From positions 1 through 64,000 of the forward strand of contig NIVC01001087.1 of NCBI GenBank assembly GCA_002269645.1: a stretch of DNA of 64,000 nucleotides, written 5' to 3'. Positions 26,022-55,357 of this stretch are shown in pieces; the first letter of the stretch is position 1; each line of letters starts with the position of its first letter. The position numbers and the translations under genes were made by a program. Origin of the DNA: Macrostomum lignano (taxonomy: Eukaryota). Below the pieces are notes generated by a model. That model had not been told where the DNA came from. It ran no database searches and saw only the letters and a program-made list of their open reading frames with translations.

Positions 26022-27527
26022 ATGTGCCGCACTCGCCGTTCCGCTTCCTGCGGTTCCTCAACGGACGCGGCGGGTTCTTCGAGCTCGGCCGGCGCAGCCG
26101 CCGCCCGACGTCGCCGCCGTCAGCATCGACGCCGCGGAGGCGCCAGCAGACGCCGGACGCCGTTCGCCCGTCGCGCACAAGCCGCCGGCTTTGTCCAAGT
26201 GGCCTCAGGCGGCGCCGCGGTGGCGGCTTCCCTGGCCTGCCGGTTCGAGTTCTGCTTCGCCGGATTCCTGGCCGTCGGCGCTTGGACCGGCGCCTTCTAC
26301 GTGGCCAACGGGCTGCTGGCGGTGGCGGCGGCCAGGATGCGACTGGCGGAGGCGCGACTAGCGATCGGCGGCATGGTGCTGAGCCTGCTGGCGGCGATGC
26401 TGGGCCTCATGGCTATCGGCATGTCTGTGGTTGGCATTCTGGTCGAGTCCGATTTGAAAAGGTTTTTTTTAAAGAGTTTGTTTTACTGACGCATTTTCAA
26501 CTTTGTTCCGAAGAATAGTCATTTTTGACACCAAGTTTTACAGTTCTGAAAATCGATATTACATCATTGACCCGAAGCGTGACAGCATTTAAACGGACTG
26601 ATTTTAACGGCTTTGATGCCTAATTGACCTATGCGAACTAGCTCGTAGCTGATGCGCTACTGTGTCTAAGTGTTGCGTCTTAGTGCCCTTTTTGTTGTTG
26701 TCGTCGTTGTTAATGCCCCTCTAAGTAAGACGGGTCTTAGTCACTTAATGTGTCTTAATCACTGTAAAGTCATTTAGAAAAGTTTTGCATTTCAAATCAA
26801 TTTCTTGCGGGATAAGTGCTGAATTTGCTGGCTTCATTCAGTTCCGCTCCCAAAGGGGGCCAGAGTGTGTGTGTACTAGTCCACCTATACTAAATCGCTT
26901 CCTGCAATCTCGACGTACTTTACGTAAAATTCGCTAAGCATGCGCTTTCTCACAATCTGCACGTTCCTGCGCAGATACTACGCCGCAGCGGCTGACACAA
27001 CCGGATGCGACGAGCGCTGTCGCGGCTCGGACAAGAGAATCTTCCTGCACGTGGTCTCCGTGGCGGCTCACAGCTCCCAGATCGCGGCCAGCTGCCTGCA
27101 GTCGGTGCTGGCCTTCAAGCGCTATCTGTACTTCGTTGGCAACCCGGACGATCGGAAGATAATCAGTAAACTCGACGACGAAGACGACGCTGAAGAGGAC
27201 GTCGACAGACGCAACCGGTCGGAGAGCATCCCGCTGACTGAACGCCACCGTCGAGATCCGCGCGAGGAGGAGTCGTCGGCTTTAGTGATCGGCAATTGCG
27301 ACAGCAAACCGCAGCGAGGCGGCGCTCAGCAGGCGCAGACGGATCGGCAGGGGGCGGCAGAGGACAGCAGGAGTTTCTGCCTACCAATGATGCAGATGCA
27401 GACTCGGCAGCCGCAGCTGCAGCAGCAGCTGCAATCTTGGTCGCAGCAACAGTTTAATCAGCTTCATCAACCTTATCTTCAACAGCAGCAGCAGCAGCCG
27501 TTCCAACCAAATCAGTTTGACTACTGA
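26022..27527 (+). CDS. CD20/MS4A-like four-transmembrane protein, 2 exons (26022-26461, 26975-27527), ~330 aa
   Basis: Exon 1 has three hydrophobic segments with CD20-like GAWTGAFYVANGLLAVAA and ends AG|gt. Exon 2 starts after gcag, rejoins in frame (LKR-YYAAA), and has a Cys-containing loop, a fourth TM and an acidic/poly-Q tail. Confidence 0.72.
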
Positions 27528-27806
27528 TCCAATTCAGTTTCACAACTGCATGACCAATAAGTAGAGTGGTACACAATCTTCAATGCAACTTTGTCCAGTC
27601 ACCTTTGCTTCTATTATAATTTTATTTTTCAGTTTTAATGTCATTTAAGAATTTTCATAAGATTTAAAGTGTTTTTAGATTAAACTTCGTACCATCCGCC
27701 CGTGTAAATCAGCGTTTTAAGTTTCTTTGTCATTGGAAAAAAGCCCAATTTGCCACTCTTCTTCCCAATCTCCCCTCTCTCCCACTTACAATCTACCCCT
27801 CGCCCT

Positions 27807-28075
27807 ACTTACTTACTACTGACGGGGGGCGCAGGCGCCGCGAATAGGCCGCGAGGCCCCTATCGCAACCCCAAGGTAAAAGAGCACAAGGATTAGCCTT
27901 GGGGGTGCGCCCAGTCCCCGCCAGTAGTCGGCAGGTCCGCAGTGGAGGCATCGGCGACCCTCATCCGGCCGGAGTCCCGGACGAAGGCGCGGAGGTCTCG
28001 GATATTGTCCGCGGTGGTCAGCTCGTCCATCCGCTGGGGGTGGCCGAGGTATTTGTGCCGCGCCTTGTTGAAGTA
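27807..28075 (-). mobile_element. 5'-truncated non-LTR retrotransposon (LINE, I/R1-like ORF2 tail)
   Basis: Encodes [38 protein letters not shown], resembling the segment after the CCHC knuckle of RNaseH-type LINE ORF2. Followed by a 3'UTR and an AGTAGTAAGTAAGT tail. 12-bp TSD ACCCCTCGCCCT at 27795-27806 and 28076-28087. Confidence 0.82.
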
Positions 28076-28087
28076 ACCCCTCGCCCT

Positions 28088-28790
28088 CACAATCTACCAC
28101 TCTCACTCACAATCTACCACTCTCACTCACAATCTACCACTCTCACTCACAATCTACCACTCTCACTCACAATCTACCACTCTCACTCACAATCTACCAC
28201 TCTCACTCACAATCTACCACTCTCACTCACAATCTACCACTCTCACTCACAATCTACCACTCTCACTCACAATCTACCACTCTCACTCACAATCTACCAC
28301 TCTCACTCACAATCTACCACTCTCACTTACAATCTACCCTCGCCCTCACAATCTACCACTCTCACTTACAATCTACCATCGCCCTCACAATCTACCACTC
28401 TCACTTACAATCTACCCCTCGCCCTCACAATCTACCACTCTCACTTACAATCTACCCCTCGCCCTCACAATCTACCACTCTCACTCACAATCTACCACTC
28501 TCACTCACAATCTACCACTCTCACTCACAATCTACCACTCTCACTCACAATCTACCCTCGCCCTCACAATCTACCACTCTCACTTACAATCTACCCCTCG
28601 CCCTCACAATCTACCACTCTCACTCACAATCTACCACTCTCACTCACAATCTACCACTCTCACTCACAATCTACCACTCTCACTTACAATCTACCCCTCG
28701 CCCTCACAATCTACCACTCTCACTCACAATCTACCACTCTCACTCACAATCTACCACTCTCCCTCACAATCTACCACTCTCACTCGCATC
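28088..28790. repeat. 20-bp minisatellite (ACAATCTACCACTCTCACTC / ACAATCTACCCCTCGCCCTC)
   Basis: About 35 copies. Confidence 0.96.
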
Positions 28791-29239
28791 CTACCCCTCT
28801 CTCTTTCACAACTTACCCCTCTCTCTCAAAGTCTACTAATCCTTTGAACCCTCCTCCTAAACCTATCCTGCTTGTAAGTTCGGTTTGAATTGAGACGACC
28901 AAAACAGCAAACGCCACAGACGAAAGTACGAAAGGATTCAGAGTCACGGTTTAGAAGATCACAGCCCAACAGAAAAGATTTCAGCCGTTGATGAGTGTCC
29001 CCTCGATACCGCCTTGATCCCAGATCCCGGAGACGGGAGGGATCTTAAGCTTCTAATCAAAATAGGCGCAGCCCATCCGTCCGACGGATTGGGGACGCTG
29101 GGACAGGGGGTCAGACTTAGATCCGCGATGATAGCCCACTCGGCCGAGAGGAAATCTTGTTTGGGGCTTCTTAAAGTCCAAGAATATTTACTCAGTATTT
29201 GCGGCTAGAGAGGAGAAGGATAAGTTTGTTAATGTTAGA

Positions 29240-30296
29240 GGATAGACTGTGAGGGAGAAGGGATGAACAGTGAGGGGCAGTGGGTGGACTGTGTGGGAGA
29301 GGGATAGACTGTGAGGGAGAGGGGTAGACTGTAAGGGAGAGGGGTAGACTGTAAGGGAGAGGGGTAGACTGTAAGGGAGAGGGATAGACTGTAAGGGAGA
29401 GAGATAGACTGTAAGAGAGAGGGGTAGACTGTAAGAGAGAGGGGTAGACTGTAAGAGAGAGAGATAGACTGTAAGAGAGAGGGGTAGACTGTAAGAGAGA
29501 GAGATAGACTGTAAGAGAGAGGGGTAGACTGTAAGAGAGAGAGATAGACTGTAAGAGAGAGAGATAGACTGTAAGAGAGAGAGATAGACTGTAAGAGAGA
29601 GGGGTAGACTGTAAGAGAGAGAGATAGACTGTAAGAGAGAGGGGTAGACTGTAAGAGAGAGGGGTAGACTGTAAGAGAGAGAGATAGACTGTAAGAGAGA
29701 GGGGTAGACTGTAAGAGAGAGAGATAGACTGTAAGGGAGAGGGTAGACTGTAAGAGAGAGAGATAGACTGTAAGAGAGAGGGGTAGACTGTAAGAGAGAG
29801 AGATAGACTGTAAGGGAGAGGGTAGACTGTAAGGGAGAGGGGTAGACTGTAAGGGAGAGGGATAGACTGTGAGGGAGAAGGGGTAGACTGTAAGGGAGAG
29901 GGGTAGACTGTAAGGGAGAGGGGTAGACTGTAAGGGAGAGGGATAGACTGTAAGGGAGAGGGGTAGACTGTAAGGGAGAGGGGTAGACTGTAAGGGAGAG
30001 GGATCGACTGTAAGGGAGAGGGGTAGACTGTAAGGGAGAGGGATAGACTGTAAGGGAGAGGGGTAGACTGTAAGGGAGAGGGATAGACTGTGAGGGAGAA
30101 GGGGTAGACTGTAAGGGAGAGGGGTAGACTGTAAGGGAGAGGGGTAGACTGTAAGGGAGAGGGATAGACTGTAAGGGAGAGGGGTAGACTGTAAGGGAGA
30201 GGGGTAGACTGTAAGGGAGAGGGGTAGACTGTAAGGGAGAGGGATAGACTGTAAGGGAGAGGGATAGACTGTAAGGGAGAGGGGTAGACAGTGAGT
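29240..30296. repeat. 20-bp minisatellite (GACTGTAAGGGAGAGGGGTA), an inverted relative of the 28088-28790 array
   Basis: About 50 copies. Reverse complement unit ACAGTCTACCCCTCTCCCTT. Confidence 0.96.
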
Positions 30297-31534
30297 GGGA
30301 GGTAAAAGTCACTCACATATTCAATTAAAAAGCAGTGCATACCGAATACAGACGGAACATGCAATAGTAATCTCACTAAGTATTTTTCGGCCACAACTAA
30401 GAAGCAACGGGATGCGATCAAATTCCTTATAGCACTAGCCATTCGCGGAGAAGAGGATGAGGCGTGTTGCCATGCATCATACACCCTTGACCGAGTTCTC
30501 CACTCGATAACGACGGCCTCTTGTGCACGATGATGCCGCATTATTTGACGTGCTCCGCCGAGCAAGGTTGAGTAAATGAGTCAGGAAATTTGGGATGGAC
30601 TTTTCTGCCTGTTAGGGTGAGTTATTTTTTGTGAGAAGATTTAAGAGCAACAGTCCTTGATAGTAAAACTCGATGCTCACTTCATGTACAGAACTTTCAG
30701 GCCTAATTAGTTCTTCGTGAACTTATAACGCCTTTCTTGTACCTATCGTGATGAAAATTACCAAAATTTTACAAAACTTTCACCGGGTACAGCTTGTATA
30801 TTACTTGTACAAAACCTTTATACATCTTGTTCCTATCTTGTACATATCATGAAAATATACTGTATATATCTCAGAATATCTTGTACGTATCTTGTTTTGC
30901 ACACATCTAATATGCATATTTTTTTCACGTATTCCAAATTTCTAGATTGTACCTGTCTAATAATATCTTGTACACTTCCTGTACACCGCTTGTACACTTC
31001 CTGTACACACTTGAAGTCTTATTATTTAAAAAAATACAGATAACTTCATGCTTTGTTTGCGTGACCCCACACTGACATAAGAAAAAAACTCGAAAAGGAA
31101 CATATAGCAGCGCCCGACAAGACTGTCTGTACAGTCATTATACTTTTTAAAATGATTAAAAGTCATGCAACGAACTCAGTGACTCTACACTGCCAGCACT
31201 GCTAGCGAGCATCATTAGTAAAAAGGAAGAACGGCCCAAGCACACAACTCACACTTTGGAAATCTGATCTGCTCTTCCTGGTCCGGTGGAAAAAAAGCGA
31301 AAAGAGAGGTGAAGCGAAATGCTGCAATCATCGAACTCGCATAATTACTAATTCTTTATGAGCCTCCGAATTCGGCAGGTGACAACTAAATACCTGTTTG
31401 ATTTACGAGCCTATCTAGACAGAAGACATGTTTGAGTCTTGGGTGCATGGGGATATGATTTATGACTGCAAATGATCGATGGCAACTGGGCAGCGTTTGG
31501 CAGTGAGCATTGGGCAGGAAAGAGGGCTAGACTC

Positions 31535-32020
<486 letters not shown>

Positions 32021-32148
32021 TGCATTAGAAGGAAGTGGGCAGAAAGTGTCTGCAGCATTAAAATTAGTTTACACAGTCAGAAGAAATCGCAGGAAAATTT
32101 TCACAGAGCACCAGCAAGTGAAGCTACTAAAAAGGCCCTCTCCATGAG

Positions 32149-49432
<17,284 letters not shown>

Positions 49433-50257
49433 GGGGTTCCAAACTCAGCGGTCTAAGCGGCTGCAACCCCCAGACTAAAGCTGCTCCTCTTGAGCCTTCT
49501 GACCGCCGCTATTCTAGCTTATCTATTTATTGTCTCAAGGACTGTGGGAGGGTGGTTCTTAGGGGATTAATTTTTAACGAGTTGTAGGGAGGGGAAGTGG
49601 TGGAGTGAGGAAAGCGGCGACGCCCAAAATAAGGGTAAGAAAAGGCTCAATAGGGTAGCGCCGCTCAGAGTAGTGCGAGTAGGGAGAGCGCAGAGAATTC
49701 TCCCGAGCGTGTTACAGCTCTAGAATGCGCGCTTGCGCGTGCGTGCTACTTGAACATGGGGTTGGCGCAGCATGGCCTGTCAGAAAATACAGTGCCAGTT
49801 TTATTTCTGCATTCCTTCTCTTTCTCTCTAGTGTTTCTCTCCTTCTCTCCTCTCCCTTCTTCTCCCTGTCTCCCTCAAATCTGCTATGCAAAGCTAAGCT
49901 AGAGGCCAAGGTTCCCAACCAGAATGAGAAGAGACCTAATCCCCAACAGTGTTTGAGCAAACTAAACCAAACCGTGAGCAGAGGCGGGCCGAGGACTTCG
50001 AAATCCAGGATTTTTTGTTTCTTGTACTGTGTTTTAGCGAATCAATGAGATTAATTGTGGAATTGGAACTTTTTTGTTTTAATAAAGTTTACAATTAATA
50101 CTAGACTATCGACAATTATCAAAATTAATTACTTTTGAGGGTTTTTGATTTGCTAATGAACGCGATTTAGCTAATTTACGTGTTTCCTTAAACTTCCAGC
50201 AAGTTTCAAGTCGCTCTAGCATTTGAAGACAATTTAAACTCAATCAAACAGGATGTT

Positions 50258-50697
50258 GACTTACTTGACTTAGCTGCAGGGGGCTCCGTGCATCCGGATG
50301 CAGAGAGGAGGCCCATTCCGCTAAACCCTGGCGACCACGGGCAGCTGGTGCTGCGGTGTCGCGCAGGGAGTTCCGATGGTGCCGGTGTCCGCAGCGCGGT
50401 CCCCCTCCGGAGAGTCCAGAAGGTGGATGGTCGCTCGCTTGATAGACCTTAGGTAGCGGACGAGCTGGCAGAGATTCTCGGGCCTGAAAACTGTCCTGAG
50501 TAAAGGCGGGGCATTCACAGATGAAGTGCTCCGCATTCTCGACACCGGAGAGGCAGAAGGGACATTCCTCACTACGGATTTTTCCCTGGAGGTGGCGATG
50601 CCCATGGCAAAACAGCCATGACCCGAGAGGGCCATGGTCACCGCCCTGATGTCCCTGCAGTTGAGTCCAAGCAGGGCCCTGCGCAGGGCGGGAAACG
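50258..50697 (-). mobile_element. 5'-truncated, decayed RNaseH-type LINE (I/R1-like) 3' end with CCHC zinc knuckle
   Basis: Frameshifted translation: [27 protein letters not shown] / [35 protein letters not shown] / [30 protein letters not shown] tail. 7-bp TSD GGATGTT at 50251-50257 and 50698-50704. Confidence 0.87.
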
Positions 50698-51086
50698 GGA
50701 TGTTTTCACATTTTCAGGTCTCGAAATTCTTAACATAAAAAATGTATCCGATCGCTCCAGATTTTGCGTCGAGGATCTCCTTGACTCAATATTCGACTCT
50801 CCCCTCTTTTTCACCCCCGCTCAAACCAATTTTTTGGCTCTTTCTTCCCCTGGAAGCTTAACGACCCAGGCGTTTCTATTGCTGTACAAAATGAGCTATT
50901 CCCGACGTGCAAATTTCCTGTTCATTTCCCTTTAACACAGACGATTCCCCAGCACAGAACGACCAGAAAAGAGACTCAAAATGAACTGCGTGTCTGTAAA
51001 ATTCGCCGTTCGATTAGAAGTGTTTTCTGGAAAGCTGATATCCAACTCTAACTCTGTAGTGGGAGAAGGTTATGAAAACAATGTGG

Positions 51087-51158
51087 GACTCTCGCCCACT
51101 CATGCATGACTCTCGCCCACTCATGCATGACTCTCGCCCACTCATGCATGACTCTCGC
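51087..51158. repeat. 21-bp unit x3-4 (GACTCTCGCCCACTCATGCAT)
   Basis: Direct. Confidence 0.85.
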
Positions 51159-51464
51159 TCACTCAGTCTATTGTCCACTGTGCCAATAATGTATTCCTAT
51201 AGCGCATGGCTAGGGAGTTTTAGAATTAGAAAGATAGAGAGAAATGTGTATTCTCTGTTGTCATAGCAACCACGTATAGGTTTGTCTGTGCAAATCTTCA
51301 GATTATTTTTTTAGCTGCGTGGGTTCGTTGGGAGTATAAAATCTTCACATCAGTGTCTTACTCATTCGAGTGAAACTTTTTTGCTTCCAAGTTGTAAAGT
51401 ACTTTTTGAACTGATCTATGATAGACTTTTATATTTAGGCTTTTTCATTTCTTCGACGAATTTC

Positions 51465-51600
51465 AACATTGATTTCCTTAATGTGGTATTCAGTTTCTTA
51501 AATGTGGTCATCGATTTCTTTAATGTGGTCATCGATTTCTTTAATGTGGTCATCGATTTCTTTAATGTGATCATCGATTTCTTTATTGTGGTCATTGGTT
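51465..51600. repeat. 21-bp unit x~5-6 (ATCGATTTCTTTAATGTGGTC)
   Basis: Direct. Confidence 0.85.
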
Positions 51601-52258
51601 TTGCTTGCTTTCATCGATTTTAAAACTTTTGCTTCACTTTATTTATGAACATTTTCGGAAAATTTGCCCTGTCGAAATCTCTAGAAACTTACGTTTAAAA
51701 TTCCTCACATGATTATTGTTTATTTATCTTATAGGACTTTAATCCAGTTAAGTAAGTCAGCTAGCTGTAGTACAAAAATTGCTTTGAAAGAAATGCAGTG
51801 CAGATTCAACCCACGCAATAAAGTAGCTCGTGAGAGAATGAAAAACGAGAGCTTTATTATCTTAGCTTTGCCTCTAATGCCAGCCTTGTACACTGCCCGA
51901 GAGTGGGAAGGTCTAACCATCCAGGATAGACCAAGCTTCCCCCTGAGTACAGCTGGGCCACATGTACACACCCACTGTCTTCCTCTGGGATGCTCATTCC
52001 CCAACCCCCAGCTCAACCCTCCTGCTCTCTTTCTCTCCAGCCTAACCATCCTTCAGCTACCCCTCACCCCGTCACCAATGTCTCTTGCCAGCACTGAATC
52101 CCCCACTCCCTTCCTTCTACTCTCTACCTCAGCTCTTCTAAAAGCCCCCTCTCCCAGAAAGACAAGAAATATTGATTTGCAACATTGAAAAGCGACAATA
52201 CTCCTGTTTCTGCTTTTGCTTTTGGCCTAAACCATACTCTAGTGAAGCATTCCAGGAA

Positions 52259-54239
52259 ATGCTACTGCTGCTCAACTACCGGCACAACAAGATGAAGCGG
52301 GAGGCTGAACTCGAGCGTGAAGAAAAAGAACGCCAGGAACGGCGCAAGCGACGAAAGGAGGAGAAAAAGCAGAAATCGCCGAAGCAGCCGCCAACGTCCA
52401 GCAGCGGCAAGGATAAACCAAAGCGTCGGAAAACTTCGTCGACTGACCCGACTGCTGTCGCCAAGAAGCGACGTCGCCGATTTGAAATACCACCGGAGAA
52501 AAAATGGGAAGCCTATACGATATTCTTCATCGGATTCTGCATTCCGGCCATCTACGGCCTGTTTAACGTCTGCAATGCCATCTATCACCGAGCTCTGCTG
52601 CCGGTTAGGAACCAATCAGAGGCGTCCTACCGTCTGGCGGAGTACGTTCACGCTGCCACACTGCCAGCAGACACCGACGCGAGACTGTCGGCTGGAATCG
52701 AACGACGTAAGGGCCTCAGTTTGGAGGAGTTCTATCGAGACTACGATGCAAAATGGCCCGTCCTGATTGCCGACTGCGTGCCGGAGTGGCCGGCTGCTCA
52801 ACTATGGAATGAGGAGTTTTTCAACGCGCGCTACGGATCAGCTCGGGTCACAATGTCCGCCGTGTCGGGCCGGTTGGACAATGCCCAGCAACTGGCCCTG
52901 CCGTTTGGCATGTTTATTAGTCACCTTAATCAGTCTAGTCCGACGTCATGGACTTATCTGCAGGTGAGTGCGTACAGATAAAGGTTTGTCTGTAGTGATC
53001 GGAAGAGTTAGTACGATCTATAAGATCAAATGTGGGTTTTGGGATTAACTGTAGGATTTTGGGCTTAATTTTGGGATCTTGAGATCAACTGTAGGATCGT
53101 TAGATCAACTGTGGAGTTTCCAGATCAACTGTGAACTGTGAATCAACCATGGGTTCTTAAGATCACTGCGGGGTCTTTCAATCAACTTTGGGTTCCTTGA
53201 GATCAACTGTGGGATCTTGAGATTAACTGTGGCGTCTTTAGATCAACTTTGGGGTCTTGAGATCAACTTTGGGGTCTTGAGATCAACTTTGGGACCTTGA
53301 GATCAACTATGGGGTTTTGAGATCAACTTTGGGGTCTTGAGATCAACTTTGGGATCTTGAGATCAACTGTTGGGGTCTTGAGATCAACTGTGCGATCTTC
53401 AGCTTAACTGAGATCTTGGGACAATCACGCGTCGGATATACTATTCGAATCTATCTGGATCTTGCACATTGAACTTCAAAAGGAAATATAATATCAGATA
53501 ATGAATTTAATTGCAAAAAATACCACACCAACCTCAGGACGAGCTGTTCCTGCCCACCCGGCCCGAGCTGCTGGCACAAGTGGGCACCTGCGCGCCGCTA
53601 CGCGAGGACTTCTTCAGCCTCTATCCGGAGACCACCAGACCCTGGTGGGCCTTCCTGCTCTGGGGCACTCGCTATTCACGCTCCCAGCTGCATATCGACC
53701 CCTACAACTGGACTGGAACCAACGCTGTACTGCGAGGCCGGAAACGCTGGAAATTGTATCCGCCAGGCCAGGACCACCTGCTCTATCCTAGAGGAGTGTA
53801 CACCGGGAAATATCCCCTGCGATCGAGAAAGTACAATAGCTATGCGGATGCTTTCGATCCTCAAGCCGCCGATCGATTTCCCCTGTTGGCCCAAGCCAAA
53901 TGCCTGGAATTTGTTCAACAGCCGGGAGAACTGCTCATTATACCCACCGGCTGGTTTCATCAAGCCTTCAATGAGGAACCGACTCTAGCGATCTCTGGTC
54001 AACTCATGAACCGAGGCAACTACCGTGCTGTGCTAGAAGAGTTAGCTAAAGCTGGCAATTTTCCTCGAGATGGCTATCCGGCTAATTTTGAAAGCTTGTC
54101 ACCTGCAAAGCAGACTCAAGAGTGTTTGGCTCGACTGTATCCATCGGCCATGGCCGAAGCTGCCGCTACAACTAAGGATGTTCTGGATCAAGTAGAACGA
54201 GAAGGCAGACAGTACGAGTCTGGCAAAGCTGAGCTCTGA
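52259..54239 (+). CDS. Membrane-anchored JmjC-domain 2-oxoglutarate/Fe(II) oxygenase (JMJD6/JMJD4-like), 2 exons (52259-52963, 53538-54239), ~468 aa
   Basis: CAG|gtgagt...ctcag|GAC in-frame junction. Motifs PVLIADCVPEWPA, SQLHIDPYNWTG, GRKRWKLYPP and QQPGELLIIPTGWFHQAFN give an HxD...H triad. One TM near the N-terminus; C-terminal KAEL. The start codon is uncertain because an acceptor (ttccag) lies just upstream. Confidence 0.9.
53035..53405. repeat. ~20-bp intronic minisatellite (GAGATCAACTTTGGGGTCTT)
   Basis: Direct; fills the JmjC intron. Confidence 0.9.
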
Positions 54240-55357
54240 TTATGAGGAATACTTAAGAGACCAATTCAGCTCAGAACAAGCCAAGTCAGCGATTGTTTTG
54301 GCCAACAAAAAAGTTTTTAATCCAAAAAAATAATTTGGGAGTTACGTACGAGTATTAAGTCTCACGAATCTCGCGACTAAAGTCACATTTAATATCCAGC
54401 GACTTAAGTTTTCTATTTGCAGATAAAGCTAGCCATAAAATAGCCGTGTACAAGTGTTCGATAGCCGAAAATATGTGCAGAGGTAATCAAGAGCTGCAGG
54501 GACAAGAAAAAAGGTCGGGTAGGGGGTTGAAGGCCGACCAAAAAATCGATAAACTCATTCCAACCCACACGCATAAGGCAGAGAGAGATTTGGCGATATC
54601 GGAAGGGCTAGAGCGGGGAGGAGTTGGGGGTTAGAGGGTCGGCCAGAAAATCATTAAACCTTACCCACCTCACGCGGTCAGGCGGGCAGACCTATCATAT
54701 AATCTGAGGCTAGAGCGGGGCTAGAAAAATTGGGGCTGGGGTTGAGAGAAAATCGATAAAGTTCAACTACCACCCCACACAGGCAGACAGAGACTCAAAC
54801 CCAGTTGGGCTAAGGGAAAACCAGAAAAAATCATTCGCAAAATCATAGTGAAATTCAGTCAAATCATGCTTAACAAAATCTGCGTTTCAAATTTTTGCCA
54901 TCCCTTTTTATCATTCGCTTTTACTAACTTTTAAAACAATAAGTCAACTATCGAAAATTTCCCCGTCCGATACTAACGAATCCTAACAAAAATTTCAATT
55001 ATACTTGTGTTTGAGTGTCACAATAGATTTTAGAGTACAGGACAGATTTTTCCATTTTTTACTTTCACTAATTCAGTGTTTCATGGTCCTTCTTTTAAGC
55101 ATCTTTCTATATTACAATTTCAAGTGACAACTAAACGCAAAAAAGCGTAGCAATTTTTTTGCTTCATTTTCATTGTTGCTGCTTCAGCCAAATCTTTCTA
55201 CAGTACTATCATCTCGCTAGCTTTTTTTTCTTCTGTATGTGCCTTGTTTTTATATTGCAACCGCAATCGATAAATGCTCTGCAAAATAAAACAAACTTTT
55301 AATTATCATTGTTACATGGTGTGTGTCTCAAAGCGACTTCAACGGTCAATTTTTGAG

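Noticed and set aside
49624-49636. CCAAAATAAGG as an SRF CArG box upstream of the formin
   Set aside because: It has seven A/T between CC and GG, not the required six.
54500-54800. Three loosely similar ~100-bp G-rich segments downstream of the JmjC gene
   Set aside because: Similarity is too low to define a unit or element.
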